Below are positions 63,828-64,000 of a stretch of 64,000 bases of DNA, one piece after another; the first letter of the stretch is position 1; the number at the start of each line of letters is the position of its first letter. The DNA lies in NCBI GenBank assembly GCA_964534625.1, contig CAZHRF010000013.1, positions 1,612 through 65,611 on the forward strand, written 5' to 3'. The DNA comes from an uncultured archaeon. Lineage in GTDB: Archaea > Asgardarchaeota > Heimdallarchaeia > Heimdallarchaeales > Heimdallarchaeaceae. Below the pieces are notes generated by a model. It was not told where the DNA came from. It did no database searches and was given only the letters and a program-made list of their open reading frames with translations. The translations under genes were made by a program, and so were the position numbers.

Positions 63828-64000
63828 TCTTATCTCACACGTTATTATGTTATCTAAAGCATATTGAAAAACTCTTAGGTGCTTTTCAAATTCATATTTA
63901 AGTAGAGAAGAAATTTATAATGGAAGAAATACCTGATAAAACGTTTGCATTTTTGAATCGGTAGGCGTTTCTATAGAGGTGCAAATCCTATTTAATGTAG

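Overview
Strongly AT-rich prokaryotic window, almost certainly archaeal: it has deoxyhypusine synthase, Mre11 and Rad50 with a CxxC zinc hook, and ArcTGT-type folds. No rRNA, tRNA or CRISPR array could be supported. The left ~31 kb holds mixed housekeeping and accessory genes: a truncated N6A methyltransferase, a rhodanese, dys, a phosphoesterase, two hydrolases, a heterodimeric ABC exporter, mpg, a flavodoxin-like protein, a secreted CUB-like/caspase-like protein with a near-identical internal duplication, an orphan methyltransferase, an MFS transporter, an ankyrin protein and a GNAT fusion. At 22.6-29.4 kb there is a tightly coupled six-gene operon: DUF1257-like, DUF2997-like, AAA+, Mre11, Rad50 and an orphan NrdG-like radical-SAM activase. 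HerA and NurA are absent from it. From ~31.7 kb to the window end lies a defence/mobile island. It contains toxin-antitoxin genes and their decayed copies, an AIPR abortive-infection gene, a methyltransferase plus PD-(D/E)XK pair, and two tandem DpdA-like (TGT-family) transglycosylase paralogs. It also contains a single-HKD PLD protein, a five-gene overlapping operon led by a 1581-aa SF2 helicase with zinc ribbons and a DUF1998/MZB-type C-terminus, a Schlafen/AlbA_2-NACHT-TPR STAND NTPase with nuclease genes, and a SMODS/CD-NTase-like nucleotidyltransferase at the edge. A previously unnoted ~155-bp MITE-like element (imperfect ~18-bp terminal inverted repeats, 8-bp target-site duplications) occurs as two intact copies plus several relic ends, all at cassette boundaries of this island. 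The best candidate for an undescribed system is the 37.9-54.1 kb Dpd-like / DISARM-Druantia-like supercluster, in which tandem DNA-type transglycosylases replace or supplement methylation. All functional calls rest on motifs read by eye; no database search was possible.
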